Virus record (IMG/VR): IMGVR_UViG_3300021431_000081
Location: 64,001-128,000 of that record
Direction: 5' to 3' (one strand)
From: a virus
Lineage: Duplodnaviria; Caudoviricetes
Length of the DNA: 64,000 bases
Shown here piece by piece: positions 21,712 through 32,252 of the stretch. The position numbers and the translations under genes were made by a program. The stretch's first letter is position 1; each line of letters begins with the position of its first letter. The notes beneath the pieces were generated by a model that did not search any database, was not told the origin of the DNA, and was given only the letters and a program-made list of their open reading frames with translations.

Positions 21712-22808
21712 TTAGTCTTCATCATCATCATCAGCCCAAGTGATGTAGTACAGCAGTTTTTCAGAACCGCAGTAAGAGGACTGCAGAGAACCGCTGAAGT
21801 CTACGGTAGCATCCGTAGTCAGAGACAGAGAAATCTCAGGGCTGATTTGGAAGGACGGGAAGGTAATATACATTGCCTTGAGCGTATTGACAGAACACGG
21901 ATCGATAGCGAGCGCTTTTACAGTCAATTTAATAGTTCCAGGGAATTTGTCAGACTCATTAACGATCTTTGCACCAGTATTAACGGTACGATCATATTTA
22001 ACAATATACTGTTCAATACCAGTAGTATTAGGAGGTGTAAGCGTTGTTACACCATCGACAGTGGTAATATTATAAGCAGTTAAGTCATAAGTCTGTCCCA
22101 TACCACCAGAGGTATTCATATCAGAAACCTGAATAGTACCTTCAATAAAACCAGTGATATCAAGGGTTTCACCCTTCTTCACAACAGCAATACGAGGCAT
22201 TACAATAGTATGAGATGTGGTAGCCATCTCAGCATCCGTACCAGAAGCAGTAGCCAGAGCGGAGAAATTAATCATTGCTTCTGTAGCGGTAACTTCGCCA
22301 GTTTTTGCCTGCCAAAAGCGTTTTCAATTTCTGTTACTTCTATGACCTATTATGAATATAAAAATGCAAATAATAGGCGAGTAAGTATTTCTACTTACTT
22401 CTCACATTTCATTTTTTTTAGATTATAGTGTGAGTTCAGACTGTATATTCATCCTTATAAAAATAAGGAGAGCCACTTCAATATATATGTCACCATATAT
22501 ATCCTGCAGTCGTTACGGATTCTCTCATATAAAGAGTCTTTCCTCGGTCTTGTCCATCTCTGGAGTTTAACCGATATAGTGGCTTTTTAATTATGTATTA
22601 CTACATAACCTGGCAAAACTTATACCAGAGTGCCTTGGGCATCAACAGCGTCTTTAGATTCAGCAGTAATATCAACAGTAAAATTATTTAACTGAGACAT
22701 CAGCAGTACAGGTACATCAGTATCTACACCATTAACTTTCTTTGTCATTTCACCGTAGGCGAATTGTACTCTGTCCACGATGATGTCACCAAGCATGAAC
22801 TGTGCCAT
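21712..22808 (-). CDS. Major tail (tube) protein, two exons (22808-22624, 22324-21712), 265 aa
   Basis: ATG 22808 with AAAGGAG RBS; splicing gives ...DAQGTLV|KRFWQAKTGEVTATEAMINFS...; beta-rich, Thr-rich; acidic tail; tail-module position. Confidence 0.8.
22325..22623 (-). ncRNA. Group I intron (299 nt, no ORF) in the major tail gene
   Basis: Guide GUUUU-GCCAG pairs 5' exon CUGGU (U.G wobble) and 3' exon AAAAC. P3 GCCACU/AGUGGC; R CCGUAACGACUG; S AUAUACAGUC; terminal G at 22325. Confidence 0.92.
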
Positions 22809-22858
22809 AGTGTACTCCTTTCTATACGAATTTCGTAATTTGTTCAATAAAAAAGAAC

Positions 22859-23755
22859 TTAGTATTCAACATCTAAGTTCCGCATAAAGTTATATTGATC
22901 AGGCTTTATGCCTTTTGTGTCAATGAATCCTGAATACATTCCTTTCATAAGGGCAGTAGAAGACTCATAAATTTGCAAACGTTGCACACTATCCATAAAT
23001 TCAACAATGCCAACGTCCATCAATTCTTTCTTTGAATATTTAAACCCCGGATGATTTAAACAAGAGGAGATAAGAGGAAATAAAACAGATTCATAAGGAT
23101 CATCTTTATGTTTTTCATAATTCTGTCTGTCTTCCCAAATTAAAGCCTCTTTTGTGGCTTTCCCTTTTCCAAATTCTTCTTTTGGAAAAATGTTAAAAAT
23201 TGTACGTATGTACCATATCAACTTATCACAAGTTGCTTCATCAATCGTAAGATCCTGTTCTGGATCGTACATAATAATATATGTTTTTTCTGTATCAGGT
23301 TCTGTTACCTGATACAATTCTAATTTGGAAAAATCCAGATCCCCGAATAAAAATTGTGTATCTTCCTGTTTCAGTGTTGGTGCTAAAAATGTAAACAGTT
23401 GAAAATTGGTCATCTTGCACCAATCATATCCCGCTTCCCATAAAAACATTCTATAAGAAGTTGTGTTAGCAGTAAAAATATGAATTACAGAATAACATTT
23501 CTGCTCACCTATTCTGATAATATCGCCTACAGTAGGTTGATAAATAGTAATTTTATCATTTAATTTATAAGGCTCACCCAAATATAACTGCATTTTATCA
23601 ATTTCATATTTAGGTTTATCCTTCTTTTTATTCTTTTCACGAGACTTCTCTAAAGTCTCTTTCGCAGCTTGCTCCTTTTCTTCTCGTGCTTTGTTTTCTG
23701 CTTCGTGTTTTGCTTTTAATTGCTCAACAGCTTGCTCTTTAAGGGAGTTTGTCAT
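22859..23755 (-). CDS. Conserved phage structural-module protein
   Basis: 298 aa; ITIYQPTVGDI and MKGMYSGFID; overlaps the upstream gene. Confidence 0.7.
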   Translation of the reverse strand: MTNSLKEQAVEQLKAKHEAENKAREEKEQAAKETLEKSREKNKKKDKPKYEIDKMQLYLGEPYKLNDKITIYQPTVGDIIRIGEQKCYSVIHIFTANTTSYRMFLWEAGYDWCKMTNFQLFTFLAPTLKQEDTQFLFGDLDFSKLELYQVTEPDTEKTYIIMYDPEQDLTIDEATCDKLIWYIRTIFNIFPKEEFGKGKATKEALIWEDRQNYEKHKDDPYESVLFPLISSCLNHPGFKYSKKELMDVGIVEFMDSVQRLQIYESSTALMKGMYSGFIDTKGIKPDQYNFMRNLDVEY

Positions 23756-24350
23756 ATTTATTTGTCATCCCCATATGAGTAGGCACGAAATTAGGAGTGT
23801 TCACATTAAACTTTAAAATTCGAGTATAATATTTATCATCAATAATATCAGAATAATCAGATACACATTTTAATTGAAATCCCGTAACATTACTCCAACA
23901 TAATAAATCTTTCACTATATAAGAGAGAAGATCTTGTCGAGTAATATTATATTCTGTATAAACATCATCTTCATGTACCATACAGAATACAACAATCTGT
24001 TGCACTTTCATTGCTTTATTATAATAAGAAGTATCATAATCATGTACATCAAACATAATAAAGTTATTTACCTCTTTCTGTACACCATTTAGCTTAAGAA
24101 AGGGAATAATTTGCGGGGTTTCAACCCTTCTATTGTATTCTTCTATTTCTTTCCTTAGTTTTAACTCCTGTTCTGTAGGAATAGATGGATCTTGGAATTT
24201 ATTGAGAGGACGTTTACTACGGACCCCTAATATTTCTTTCAAGTCAGGATCTTCGTTGAAGACTTTACTTAAAACTGATTTCTTATAAATAATATCGTTA
24301 TTCTGATTGTTCTCCAGATCCCGATCAATTTTATTTAAATCACGTATCAT
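23739..24350 (-). CDS. Putative tail terminator/completion protein
   Basis: 203 aa; position after the head-closure-like gene; RQDLLSYIVKDLLCWS. Confidence 0.55.
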   Translation of the reverse strand: MIRDLNKIDRDLENNQNNDIIYKKSVLSKVFNEDPDLKEILGVRSKRPLNKFQDPSIPTEQELKLRKEIEEYNRRVETPQIIPFLKLNGVQKEVNNFIMFDVHDYDTSYYNKAMKVQQIVVFCMVHEDDVYTEYNITRQDLLSYIVKDLLCWSNVTGFQLKCVSDYSDIIDDKYYTRILKFNVNTPNFVPTHMGMTNKYDKLP

Positions 24351-25543
24351 CCTTTATCCACCTCCCACTCTATATTTGCTTTATGCTGCCCATCTCGATC
24401 AATGGCAGACAAAATAAAATGTTTTCCTATTAATGAAGAAGCTTTTGAGGGTTTTATTTCAATTATGTTATCATCATAAGTAACTAATTTAATAAGTCCC
24501 TCATAATACTTTTTCTCTTCATCTGTATATTCATTTCCATCATCCTTGAGTTTTACATCCCAAGTGGCAATAACATCATCCGTGCCAAGGGATGCTCTAT
24601 AAAAATATCTCTTACCCATTAAAAGGATAGAGTTATAAAAATCCTGAGAGACTAATTCGTCATTCTCATCCAGAGACATCTCAGTGATGCTGAACATTTT
24701 TTCATCGAATTTATATTCAGAAACATCTGATTTCATGTCTCCCATATTGGTATAATAATCACATATTTTAAGATCCACATTATCTCGTTTTGAGTTATAA
24801 TCATCTTGTTTTACATTACATTTAATTAAACCTGAAGGTGATAATTCGATTACCTTCGTAACTTGATATACCTTGGGATCTAATTCATTGTTAGTTAACA
24901 TAAAACGCTGATCATGCATTATGGTTCTAGTATCATCTAAACCTAATTGAGTAAGATTCTCTCCATAAACATAATGCGTATCAGGAACCCAAAAACCAGT
25001 TAAGTTATCAAGTGCTACGGAATATTCAGAGCGCCAGATACCGCTTGTGTAGCTGTTAGCAGCTCTTATTGTTCCATAGCAACTATTAATCTGACCATTA
25101 TATATCCATTGAAAATTCCAGTTACAATGCAGCACATTATATCTCACATATGCATTCTGATTATCCCTGTCAACAATCATCCACCATAAATGTCTATTCT
25201 CAACTGGTTGCAGAAAAGGATTCTTTAATTCTTCCTCAGTTAAGTCCAGATCAGGGCTTACATCATTAGGAATAAGAATATAACTGCCAATGGGATAATG
25301 TACCTTTGGACGAAATTGCAGATAGTAATCCACATCATCCTTGGCAATAGATTGCGCAAAGTGAAATTGATACTTTGCATCTTCCCATTTCCAACCATCT
25401 TTGGTCAATATATATACTCGCTTATAGGTAGGATCATCTGTAAATGTATTATTAATGATCATATCAGATTGATTACGTCTAATTTGAGATAAATTATCAC
25501 CATAAGAAGTTAAGTATGATTTATAAGTATTATAATTTATCAT
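24347..25543 (-). CDS. Putative head-closure/neck protein
   Basis: Start refined to ATG 25543 (AAGGGGGTG RBS), 398 aa; head-tail module position. Confidence 0.55.
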   Translation of the reverse strand: MINYNTYKSYLTSYGDNLSQIRRNQSDMIINNTFTDDPTYKRVYILTKDGWKWEDAKYQFHFAQSIAKDDVDYYLQFRPKVHYPIGSYILIPNDVSPDLDLTEEELKNPFLQPVENRHLWWMIVDRDNQNAYVRYNVLHCNWNFQWIYNGQINSCYGTIRAANSYTSGIWRSEYSVALDNLTGFWVPDTHYVYGENLTQLGLDDTRTIMHDQRFMLTNNELDPKVYQVTKVIELSPSGLIKCNVKQDDYNSKRDNVDLKICDYYTNMGDMKSDVSEYKFDEKMFSITEMSLDENDELVSQDFYNSILLMGKRYFYRASLGTDDVIATWDVKLKDDGNEYTDEEKKYYEGLIKLVTYDDNIIEIKPSKASSLIGKHFILSAIDRDGQHKANIEWEVDKG

Positions 25544-25895
25544 CACTGTCACCCCCTTGGTTTTTAATTTTATCAACCAAAGTATGACTATCTAATATAG
25601 CTTTTCTATAGAATTGAAAATCAAAATTTTCATTTAACGTTGATAAATATGCACTTTGTAATAAGCACATAATGTCGCATATCTGCGTTGGATAAGATAA
25701 TAATGCATTTAGTCCATTAATCTCAAACATTATATTTTCAAAATATTTATCAAACGTTTCTTTCGTCATTTCTGGAAAATTATTTTGTAATTTGGGATCT
25801 TTATAAATAAGCAACCAATGAATTTTTTTGTGTAGTTGTTTTAAATATTCGTTAAATTGCGCATCCTGAAACGCACCATACTTATGTTTTATCAT
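25530..25895 (-). CDS. Hypothetical head-tail module protein
   Basis: 121 aa, overlapping both neighbours. Confidence 0.65.
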   Translation of the reverse strand: MIKHKYGAFQDAQFNEYLKQLHKKIHWLLIYKDPKLQNNFPEMTKETFDKYFENIMFEINGLNALLSYPTQICDIMCLLQSAYLSTLNENFDFQFYRKAILDSHTLVDKIKNQGGDSDDKL

Positions 25896-26359
25896 AAGGC
25901 ATCTCCATTAACATAGGAATTATAGATATAGCCCCTATCACAGATTAAGCGCCGTTGGCGTTTTCGTAAGGAATCTAAAAGATTATTTATTTCAGAAATG
26001 TGCTGAGACTGCGAATAATATTTTTCTTCTTTACTCCCAAACATTTGTTTAATATTATTAAAACTATAAATTTTAGGAGTAAGCCATTGTATACACATTC
26101 CCAATGTTAATAGTTCCACTAAAAAATCTTCATCTTCAGATTCATCAACAGGCGCTTTAAATTCATAAGTTAAGCGCATCACATCATCATCAAAAACGAT
26201 AGTAGCAAACAATCTACGAATATAAGTTGGACGTAAAGCAGCATGTAACCAACTACACTGAAATTCATACGCTTCGTTGTCATCCAATTGAAAAAAATCA
26301 AAGGCTTCTGCCTGTAAGTAGAAGCCTTGATATATCTTGTTATAATCAATAGAGGCCAT
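25892..26359 (-). CDS. Putative head-tail adaptor
   Basis: 155 aa; GMCIQWL..KI..FGSKEEKYYSQ; two genes downstream of the capsid gene. Confidence 0.6.
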   Translation of the reverse strand: MASIDYNKIYQGFYLQAEAFDFFQLDDNEAYEFQCSWLHAALRPTYIRRLFATIVFDDDVMRLTYEFKAPVDESEDEDFLVELLTLGMCIQWLTPKIYSFNNIKQMFGSKEEKYYSQSQHISEINNLLDSLRKRQRRLICDRGYIYNSYVNGDAL

Positions 26360-26381
26360 TGGTATTTACCTCCATTTTGGG

Positions 26382-26918
26382 TTAATTTAAGAATGAAGAT
26401 AATAAATTTAATTCCGTTCCAAAGAAATCATCCAACGCCTTAATTTTTCTTACACTGTCAAGCTGACCATTAGCGATTTGTGTTGACGCAATATTTTTTA
26501 AAGAATTTAAAGCGTTAGGAGGAAGAGTCTTCATAGTAGCAATCATATCATTATCTTTTAATTCTAAAACCTGTTGTAAATCTTCAACAGTATACTGTTC
26601 ATCATAGAATTTTCTTAATTGAGGAAATTCATTAATGAAATCTTCATCTTCAATAACAAATAACGGTCCAAAAATATAGGAAGACTTACTGCGAACTGAA
26701 GAGACTAAATCTCTATATTCGACTTCAGTTTCATCGCCGTAGTCTACCCAATTATAAGTAATATTCGACTTTGCACCAGTATACCAAAGACCACCAACAG
26801 TAATGGATCGACACATGATTCCATCTTCCTGTGCAAACTTCTTTTTCACAATATTATCTTCTTTTTCTTCTTTTATTTTTTCTACTCGTCTAGGAGTAGA
26901 AGTAATCTTTCCAGTCAT
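26382..26918 (-). CDS. Hypothetical protein (post-capsid gene)
   Basis: 178 aa with RBS. Confidence 0.7.
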   Translation of the reverse strand: MTGKITSTPRRVEKIKEEKEDNIVKKKFAQEDGIMCRSITVGGLWYTGAKSNITYNWVDYGDETEVEYRDLVSSVRSKSSYIFGPLFVIEDEDFINEFPQLRKFYDEQYTVEDLQQVLELKDNDMIATMKTLPPNALNSLKNIASTQIANGQLDSVRKIKALDDFFGTELNLLSSFLN

Positions 26919-26950
26919 ATCTTTTCTCCTTGTAATCCTAAATAGTATTA

Positions 26951-28096
26951 TTAATTACCGTTAGTAAGAGTCCACTGACCAAACATTCTCTTAACACGAA
27001 CAGCCATACCCCAAGACATCTGGATCTCATATTTTCCAAGATCGTCATAACGACCATGCTCTTCGCCCTTTTCAGAGATTTCATTAATTTCAGTCTCACC
27101 ATAGGTGAACATATCAATTAACTTATTATCAACACCCTTGGCAAGGAACAGAATTTTGGTATCATCAAAGAGTTTAGTGGTAAGAGTTTTATCAGCAAAA
27201 CGCTGTTCAACTACTACTAAATCAGTTCCTTCATAATCACCAAGCAGACCAGTATGAGCAACGGATTCTTTCTGAGAAGGTGCGATCCAGTTTACGTCAC
27301 CAAGTTTAGCAAAGTTCTTCAGAGCGGTACGAGTACCAATGGCAACAACTTCCGCACCATCATTTGCAGCACTTACATTTTCAATAATTGCATCTACAGC
27401 AGCTTTAGTAGCGGCACCAAAAGCGCCAGTATCAACAAAACCAGTCTGTACTGGTAATTTAGTAGCAGCGTTCATAGCCAGATTATAGATCTCTACTTGC
27501 TGTTTCATAATGAAAGAACGAGCCAGAGTAGAGGTCAGTTTAGGCCAATCTTCCTGACCTGCCATAAACTTATTCAGTTCCATACCAACAGCAGCACCAT
27601 AACGTGCTACAGGAATAGTGTAGGATTCTCCCTGACCAAGTCTTTGCAGAATATAATCATGATGTGATGTCCCGACTTTAGCAATACTCAGAATGATGTC
27701 ATCCTCATCAACCCAGAACAGGTTATCCTGACCGAGCGCACGAGAACGTACATTAACCAACTGATTAAACAGTTCATTCTCACGCATACCATATGCGATA
27801 TATTCATCAACAGTTTCCTCAATAATCTCAAACCATTCCTGACCATGACGCTTCATTGCACGATTAAAATCACGCTCAGTCCAACCAGACTCAGGAAGTT
27901 CGAACATTTCACGAGTCATATCACGCAGTTTTGCGTTCGCATCCTGATTAGATACCTTGTTACCATCAGCATCAAATACTTCTCTGTGGAGAGCAAGGTC
28001 AACCATCAAGTTCTTAATACCATCATAATCAACGTCAAATTTCTCAAATAACTGTGTCATATGAGAAGTAAAAACTAATTTACGATTCTTATTCAT
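26951..28096 (-). CDS. Major capsid protein
   Basis: 381 aa; strong RBS; follows the protease/scaffold and decoration genes, as in the SPbeta yonD-yonC-yonB order. Confidence 0.8.
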   Translation of the reverse strand: MNKNRKLVFTSHMTQLFEKFDVDYDGIKNLMVDLALHREVFDADGNKVSNQDANAKLRDMTREMFELPESGWTERDFNRAMKRHGQEWFEIIEETVDEYIAYGMRENELFNQLVNVRSRALGQDNLFWVDEDDIILSIAKVGTSHHDYILQRLGQGESYTIPVARYGAAVGMELNKFMAGQEDWPKLTSTLARSFIMKQQVEIYNLAMNAATKLPVQTGFVDTGAFGAATKAAVDAIIENVSAANDGAEVVAIGTRTALKNFAKLGDVNWIAPSQKESVAHTGLLGDYEGTDLVVVEQRFADKTLTTKLFDDTKILFLAKGVDNKLIDMFTYGETEINEISEKGEEHGRYDDLGKYEIQMSWGMAVRVKRMFGQWTLTNGN

Positions 28097-28121
28097 TATT
28101 GTTTACCTCCTTTCCACAAGA

Positions 28122-28586
28122 TTAAGCACCAACAACATATTTACCGTTGGAGAACGTAACAGCTTTCCCCTTTACGGGAGTACCAGAGAATCCTGCTAAA
28201 GAAACTTCGATAATATCCCCCTTGGTCAGACTATACGCCTTAACCGTTTTGCCAGATTCATTATAGAAATTTTCCTCTTTAGTAAATTCCTTATTATAAT
28301 CTTCCGCAATAATAGGAGAATCATATACAAACAGTGCTTCAGCGGGAGTGGTTACTTCAATGTACCAATTGCCATTAGCTGCTTGTTCCTGAATTACACC
28401 TGCAAAATTTGCAGGAGCAGCTGCCTGGGCATACTCATCAAAAGCAACCCAAGAACCACGACCAACAATTGCAGTATTATCTGTATCAGCAGTTAATCGA
28501 ATATTATAAATGTGTCCACCACCATAGGCAGAAAGTACCTTTGATGGAAAACCAAATGCATGCTTTGCGATTTGATAACTAATCAT
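28122..28586 (-). CDS. Putative capsid decoration/stabilising protein
   Basis: 154 aa, beta-rich; between scaffold and capsid. Confidence 0.6.
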   Translation of the reverse strand: MISYQIAKHAFGFPSKVLSAYGGGHIYNIRLTADTDNTAIVGRGSWVAFDEYAQAAAPANFAGVIQEQAANGNWYIEVTTPAEALFVYDSPIIAEDYNKEFTKEENFYNESGKTVKAYSLTKGDIIEVSLAGFSGTPVKGKAVTFSNGKYVVGA

Positions 28587-28690
28587 GTGCTTTTCGCTCC
28601 TTTCATAAAATAAAAAAGAAGAATCAAATTACTGATTCTTCAGATTGTTTTTGTAAATATTCATCGTAATACATAAAGTATCTAGGATTA

Positions 28691-30370
28691 TTATTTCTTA
28701 AACAGATTTCCGTATCTGCTCTTTTTAGGATTTCCCTTTGCACCACTAGGTACTAATCCCATACGAGTAACTTTCTTCTTTTTTTCACCTTCATTAGCTT
28801 CGAAATTTAAAGAACCACTCTTAGCATAATTCAGAAGCATACCATCGACTTTTTCCTTTAACTCTTCAAAAGTCATTTCATTCTTACCATTATTAACCTC
28901 ATTAACAATGGCTGTGAAATCTTCCTTATTAGCAATTGCAGAATAATCATCTGATGCTACTAATTCTTTCTTCTGATACTGTGCTAGATCCTTAGAAATT
29001 TGCTCATAATTCTGTCTCATGTTTTCGACTTGCATCTTTTCAGATTCTGTCAGTAACATAGCAAATAACTGTATTCTTTCCCCAGAAAGACTAATGGTAT
29101 CGCCGTCTTTGGTGTAACTTTGTTTCCAGAATTTATCAGAATCCCAATCTTCCATAATGAAGTAATCTTCATAAATATCCGCTACATAGCACCATTCATT
29201 CTCATTACGATAAACAGCACATAATGCATTAAGACTCTGACGGATTTCATTAAAGCTTAACTCAAACAACTGATTAAATAACTCCTCTTTGGTAAGAGAA
29301 TTATTCTGTTTCTTCTTTTTGCCAGTAGTCGCAGAATCATCATCATTTACTGCACCGTCATCTGGATCATCTTCCGTATTATCATTACCAGTAGGTTCTG
29401 TAACAGGATCTGTAACAGGATCAGCAGTGGGTTCAGGATCAGTCCCACCTTCAGTTCCCTCACCCGTATCATCAGGATCATCAAATGCTGTCTTAAAGGC
29501 GGTTTCTAATTCCTCATCAGATAATCCTTCATAGCTGAACGTAATATCTTCCTCAGTCTTGCCATATTTCTCTAAAAGTTCAGTAAACTTATCCATTGGC
29601 GTTTCCTCCTTTCTTTCAGCATTATTTATATTTAAACTCTCAAGCGTTTTGTTAAGTGTCTCAAGAGTCTCAATCAATTTATCATTTCGCTCATAGTTCA
29701 TTTCCTGTGCTGCGAAATCTTCAATCTGTAAATGCGCATTTTGCATTCCCGGTCTACGATCCTCTCCCAGAAGTGTAATTCCACCTAATTCAATATCCTC
29801 TAATAACAATTCTTTCTTCTTAGCATCATAGGACATCTTATTGACATACAGTTCTGCGGATACATCTGTACCACCTCTGCGTTCAATAATTTCCGCAGCA
29901 GGAGTATACTCTCTTGGAATAGCAGCTTTAGCATAAACGTAATATCGTTTATCTTTCTTATCATATTTCATTACAGGATCATCAGATGTAATGCATCCTA
30001 CCTGTTTTTCCAAATAAACAATATTTCCATTATCATCTATTTCCATATCATGAGCGGTAAAATCCAATACTTCGGTTCCATCATCTAATGTAACAGTTTG
30101 GTAATTACAAAGAATTGGTTTATATTTAAATCCGTTTAAACTATTTTCCATGGCTTTCTTTGTAACATTTGATCCGTTATTATTCTTATTGGTATGGAAT
30201 GCTCTGATATTGGCGAATAACATAGACTCATCATCAGATTCTTCCTGCTCAAAAGTCGCAGGAACACTCACGCATAACTTATAACCATTTTTATTTGAAT
30301 CAAACTCTGTAAAATTTTGCTCTTCACAGAATTTAACTAACTGATCAATAGTCATTATTGTCTTACGCAT
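28691..30370 (-). CDS. Prohead protease/scaffold fusion
   Basis: 559 aa; HTNKNNNGS, H, VSAEL and ITLLG..PGM protease-like N-terminus; acidic Pro/Thr/Asp linker; coiled C-terminus. Confidence 0.75.
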   Translation of the reverse strand: MRKTIMTIDQLVKFCEEQNFTEFDSNKNGYKLCVSVPATFEQEESDDESMLFANIRAFHTNKNNNGSNVTKKAMENSLNGFKYKPILCNYQTVTLDDGTEVLDFTAHDMEIDDNGNIVYLEKQVGCITSDDPVMKYDKKDKRYYVYAKAAIPREYTPAAEIIERRGGTDVSAELYVNKMSYDAKKKELLLEDIELGGITLLGEDRRPGMQNAHLQIEDFAAQEMNYERNDKLIETLETLNKTLESLNINNAERKEETPMDKFTELLEKYGKTEEDITFSYEGLSDEELETAFKTAFDDPDDTGEGTEGGTDPEPTADPVTDPVTEPTGNDNTEDDPDDGAVNDDDSATTGKKKKQNNSLTKEELFNQLFELSFNEIRQSLNALCAVYRNENEWCYVADIYEDYFIMEDWDSDKFWKQSYTKDGDTISLSGERIQLFAMLLTESEKMQVENMRQNYEQISKDLAQYQKKELVASDDYSAIANKEDFTAIVNEVNNGKNEMTFEELKEKVDGMLLNYAKSGSLNFEANEGEKKKKVTRMGLVPSGAKGNPKKSRYGNLFKK

Positions 30371-30425
30371 CTTTAACCTCCTTTCCTTTAAAATAAAAAC
30401 TCCTCATCTTAAATAGGAGAGGAGA

Positions 30426-30596
30426 TCAAACGAACAATTTATTCGTATATATAGTATTCTCATTTAATGAGAATATAATCTTATCATTATTTATGAAAGT
30501 CCATCCAGAAGAACTCTGATAAACTTCTTTTAATCCCAGTTTTCTTAAGGTCTCAGCAGTTTCTTTGGATGTTGTATATATAAACTTTTTATCCAT
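30426..30596 (-). CDS. Small hypothetical protein (56 aa, below track cutoff)
   Basis: AAGGAG RBS; MDKKFIYTTSKETAETLRKLGLKEVYQSSSGWTFINN... Confidence 0.65.
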   Translation of the reverse strand: MDKKFIYTTSKETAETLRKLGLKEVYQSSSGWTFINNDKIIFSLNENTIYTNKLFV

Positions 30597-30605
30597 AATT
30601 ACTCC

Positions 30606-32162
30606 TTAAGATTTCGCTTTATCTCTTTTTTCTGCAGATTCATCTCCAGTATCTGTTGGCGTATCAGACTTAGGTCTACCACCAGTCACAGGATCTGTTC
30701 CATCTGTAACTGTACCAGAATTAGTAAATGAAGAATTAAGAGGATAGATCATTACATCCTGCAGTTTAAGAACTTCGTTCTCCAAGAAAAGCATAGCCAG
30801 ACTATCTTTTTCGGAGAATCCATTAAGCGTCATATACGCTAACTTAGTAGGTAATGAATATTGTCCCGCTTTCAGCATATCTTCCTTAAACTGCTCTCTG
30901 GTATATACGGATATGGGGAAGAATTTAACTATACACGGATTGCTACACAGATACCCCAATTGTCTGTTCACGAACGCCTGTGTCTGGGGAAGAAGAGAGG
31001 AGATAGCAAATTCGGTATTTGCAACCTGTGAATATCTAAATGCCTCTGCACCAGATATGGTTTCTCCATTTAAAATCTCTGCACCACCAGTAGTATTTAA
31101 TACTGTTTTAGTAGCATTAGAGACTTTCGTAGTATCACCTGCGGCCTGATCATCAAATGATATAGAATCAAGTTTACCCGGTACTAATGCAGCACTAATA
31201 TAATCAGGTAATGCTTCATTGATCATTCTCTGGAAATAAGCTAATACTAAATCAGGATTAACTTTCCAATCATCTACATCTTCGCCAATGGTTTCCATCT
31301 GCAACCAGATCATTTTATAAATTTCCTGTTCATCCGCAATGGCCTGAATGTCTTCCAGATCAGCTAAGTTAATTAAAGCGTTAAAAGCTGCTAAAAACGG
31401 AGGAAGAACAGTTTCATAATCTTCATAACGGTATTTTAAACAAATCGCATACTCATCTGGTACTGGTTGCCATTTTTCACCTGAACTCTGATACGCTTTA
31501 TACATCTCATCAAAGGGTTCGGGAATATATTCAATTAACTCCTGACGAGATCTCAAATACGTCATATCCATACTGATTGCAAAATCACCTGTAGTATATT
31601 TACCATCAATTCGTGCATAATTGGCAGGAATTTGCCAAATAAATACACCAGTTTCATCTATAAGATAAATTCCATAAAATACATCCTGTATAAAACATGT
31701 AAGGTATATAGTATAGAATTCTTGTTGTAAATGCATTAATTCAATCCAATCGAGTGTTTCCTGATAAGATTTAAGTGTTTTATTTACATCCGCTCCCTTA
31801 ATTAAATCGTATTGAGGAATAACCGATCTTCCATTTAAATAAAACATATTCGCATAAAAATGACATAATCTCATATATGTCATAGAACGATAAAATAAGT
31901 ACCAAGATAAGTTTCTTAGATTTTGTTCATTACTGCCCAAATTACGCATGTATGTACGTAATTGTTCTTTGTTAAAAACACGAATAGCTTTTGTTTGAGT
32001 CTTAGTTACATCTCTCAAACGAATAGCGTTTCTTTGATCTTCTTCATATTTTTGTAATTTTTCTTGGGCTTTCTCGTAATCTTGCACTAATTGTTTTTGC
32101 TGTGCTACAGTTAATCTCGAAGATGCCGAAGCACTCTTCGGAGAAGATTTTACTTGTGCCAT
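30606..32162 (-). CDS. Portal protein
   Basis: About 518 aa from ATG 32162 (AAGGAGGTG RBS); directly after terminase; C-terminal GGRP motif. Confidence 0.8.
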   Translation of the reverse strand: MAQVKSSPKSASASSRLTVAQQKQLVQDYEKAQEKLQKYEEDQRNAIRLRDVTKTQTKAIRVFNKEQLRTYMRNLGSNEQNLRNLSWYLFYRSMTYMRLCHFYANMFYLNGRSVIPQYDLIKGADVNKTLKSYQETLDWIELMHLQQEFYTIYLTCFIQDVFYGIYLIDETGVFIWQIPANYARIDGKYTTGDFAISMDMTYLRSRQELIEYIPEPFDEMYKAYQSSGEKWQPVPDEYAICLKYRYEDYETVLPPFLAAFNALINLADLEDIQAIADEQEIYKMIWLQMETIGEDVDDWKVNPDLVLAYFQRMINEALPDYISAALVPGKLDSISFDDQAAGDTTKVSNATKTVLNTTGGAEILNGETISGAEAFRYSQVANTEFAISSLLPQTQAFVNRQLGYLCSNPCIVKFFPISVYTREQFKEDMLKAGQYSLPTKLAYMTLNGFSEKDSLAMLFLENEVLKLQDVMIYPLNSSFTNSGTVTDGTDPVTGGRPKSDTPTDTGDESAEKRDKAKS

Positions 32163-32252
32163 AGACACCTCCTTGACTTTAAAATTTTAATGGTCTAAAT
32201 AAAAGTGATGGGAGAGTAGCGTAGTGCTACCCCGTATTATTAGAAGTGTATT

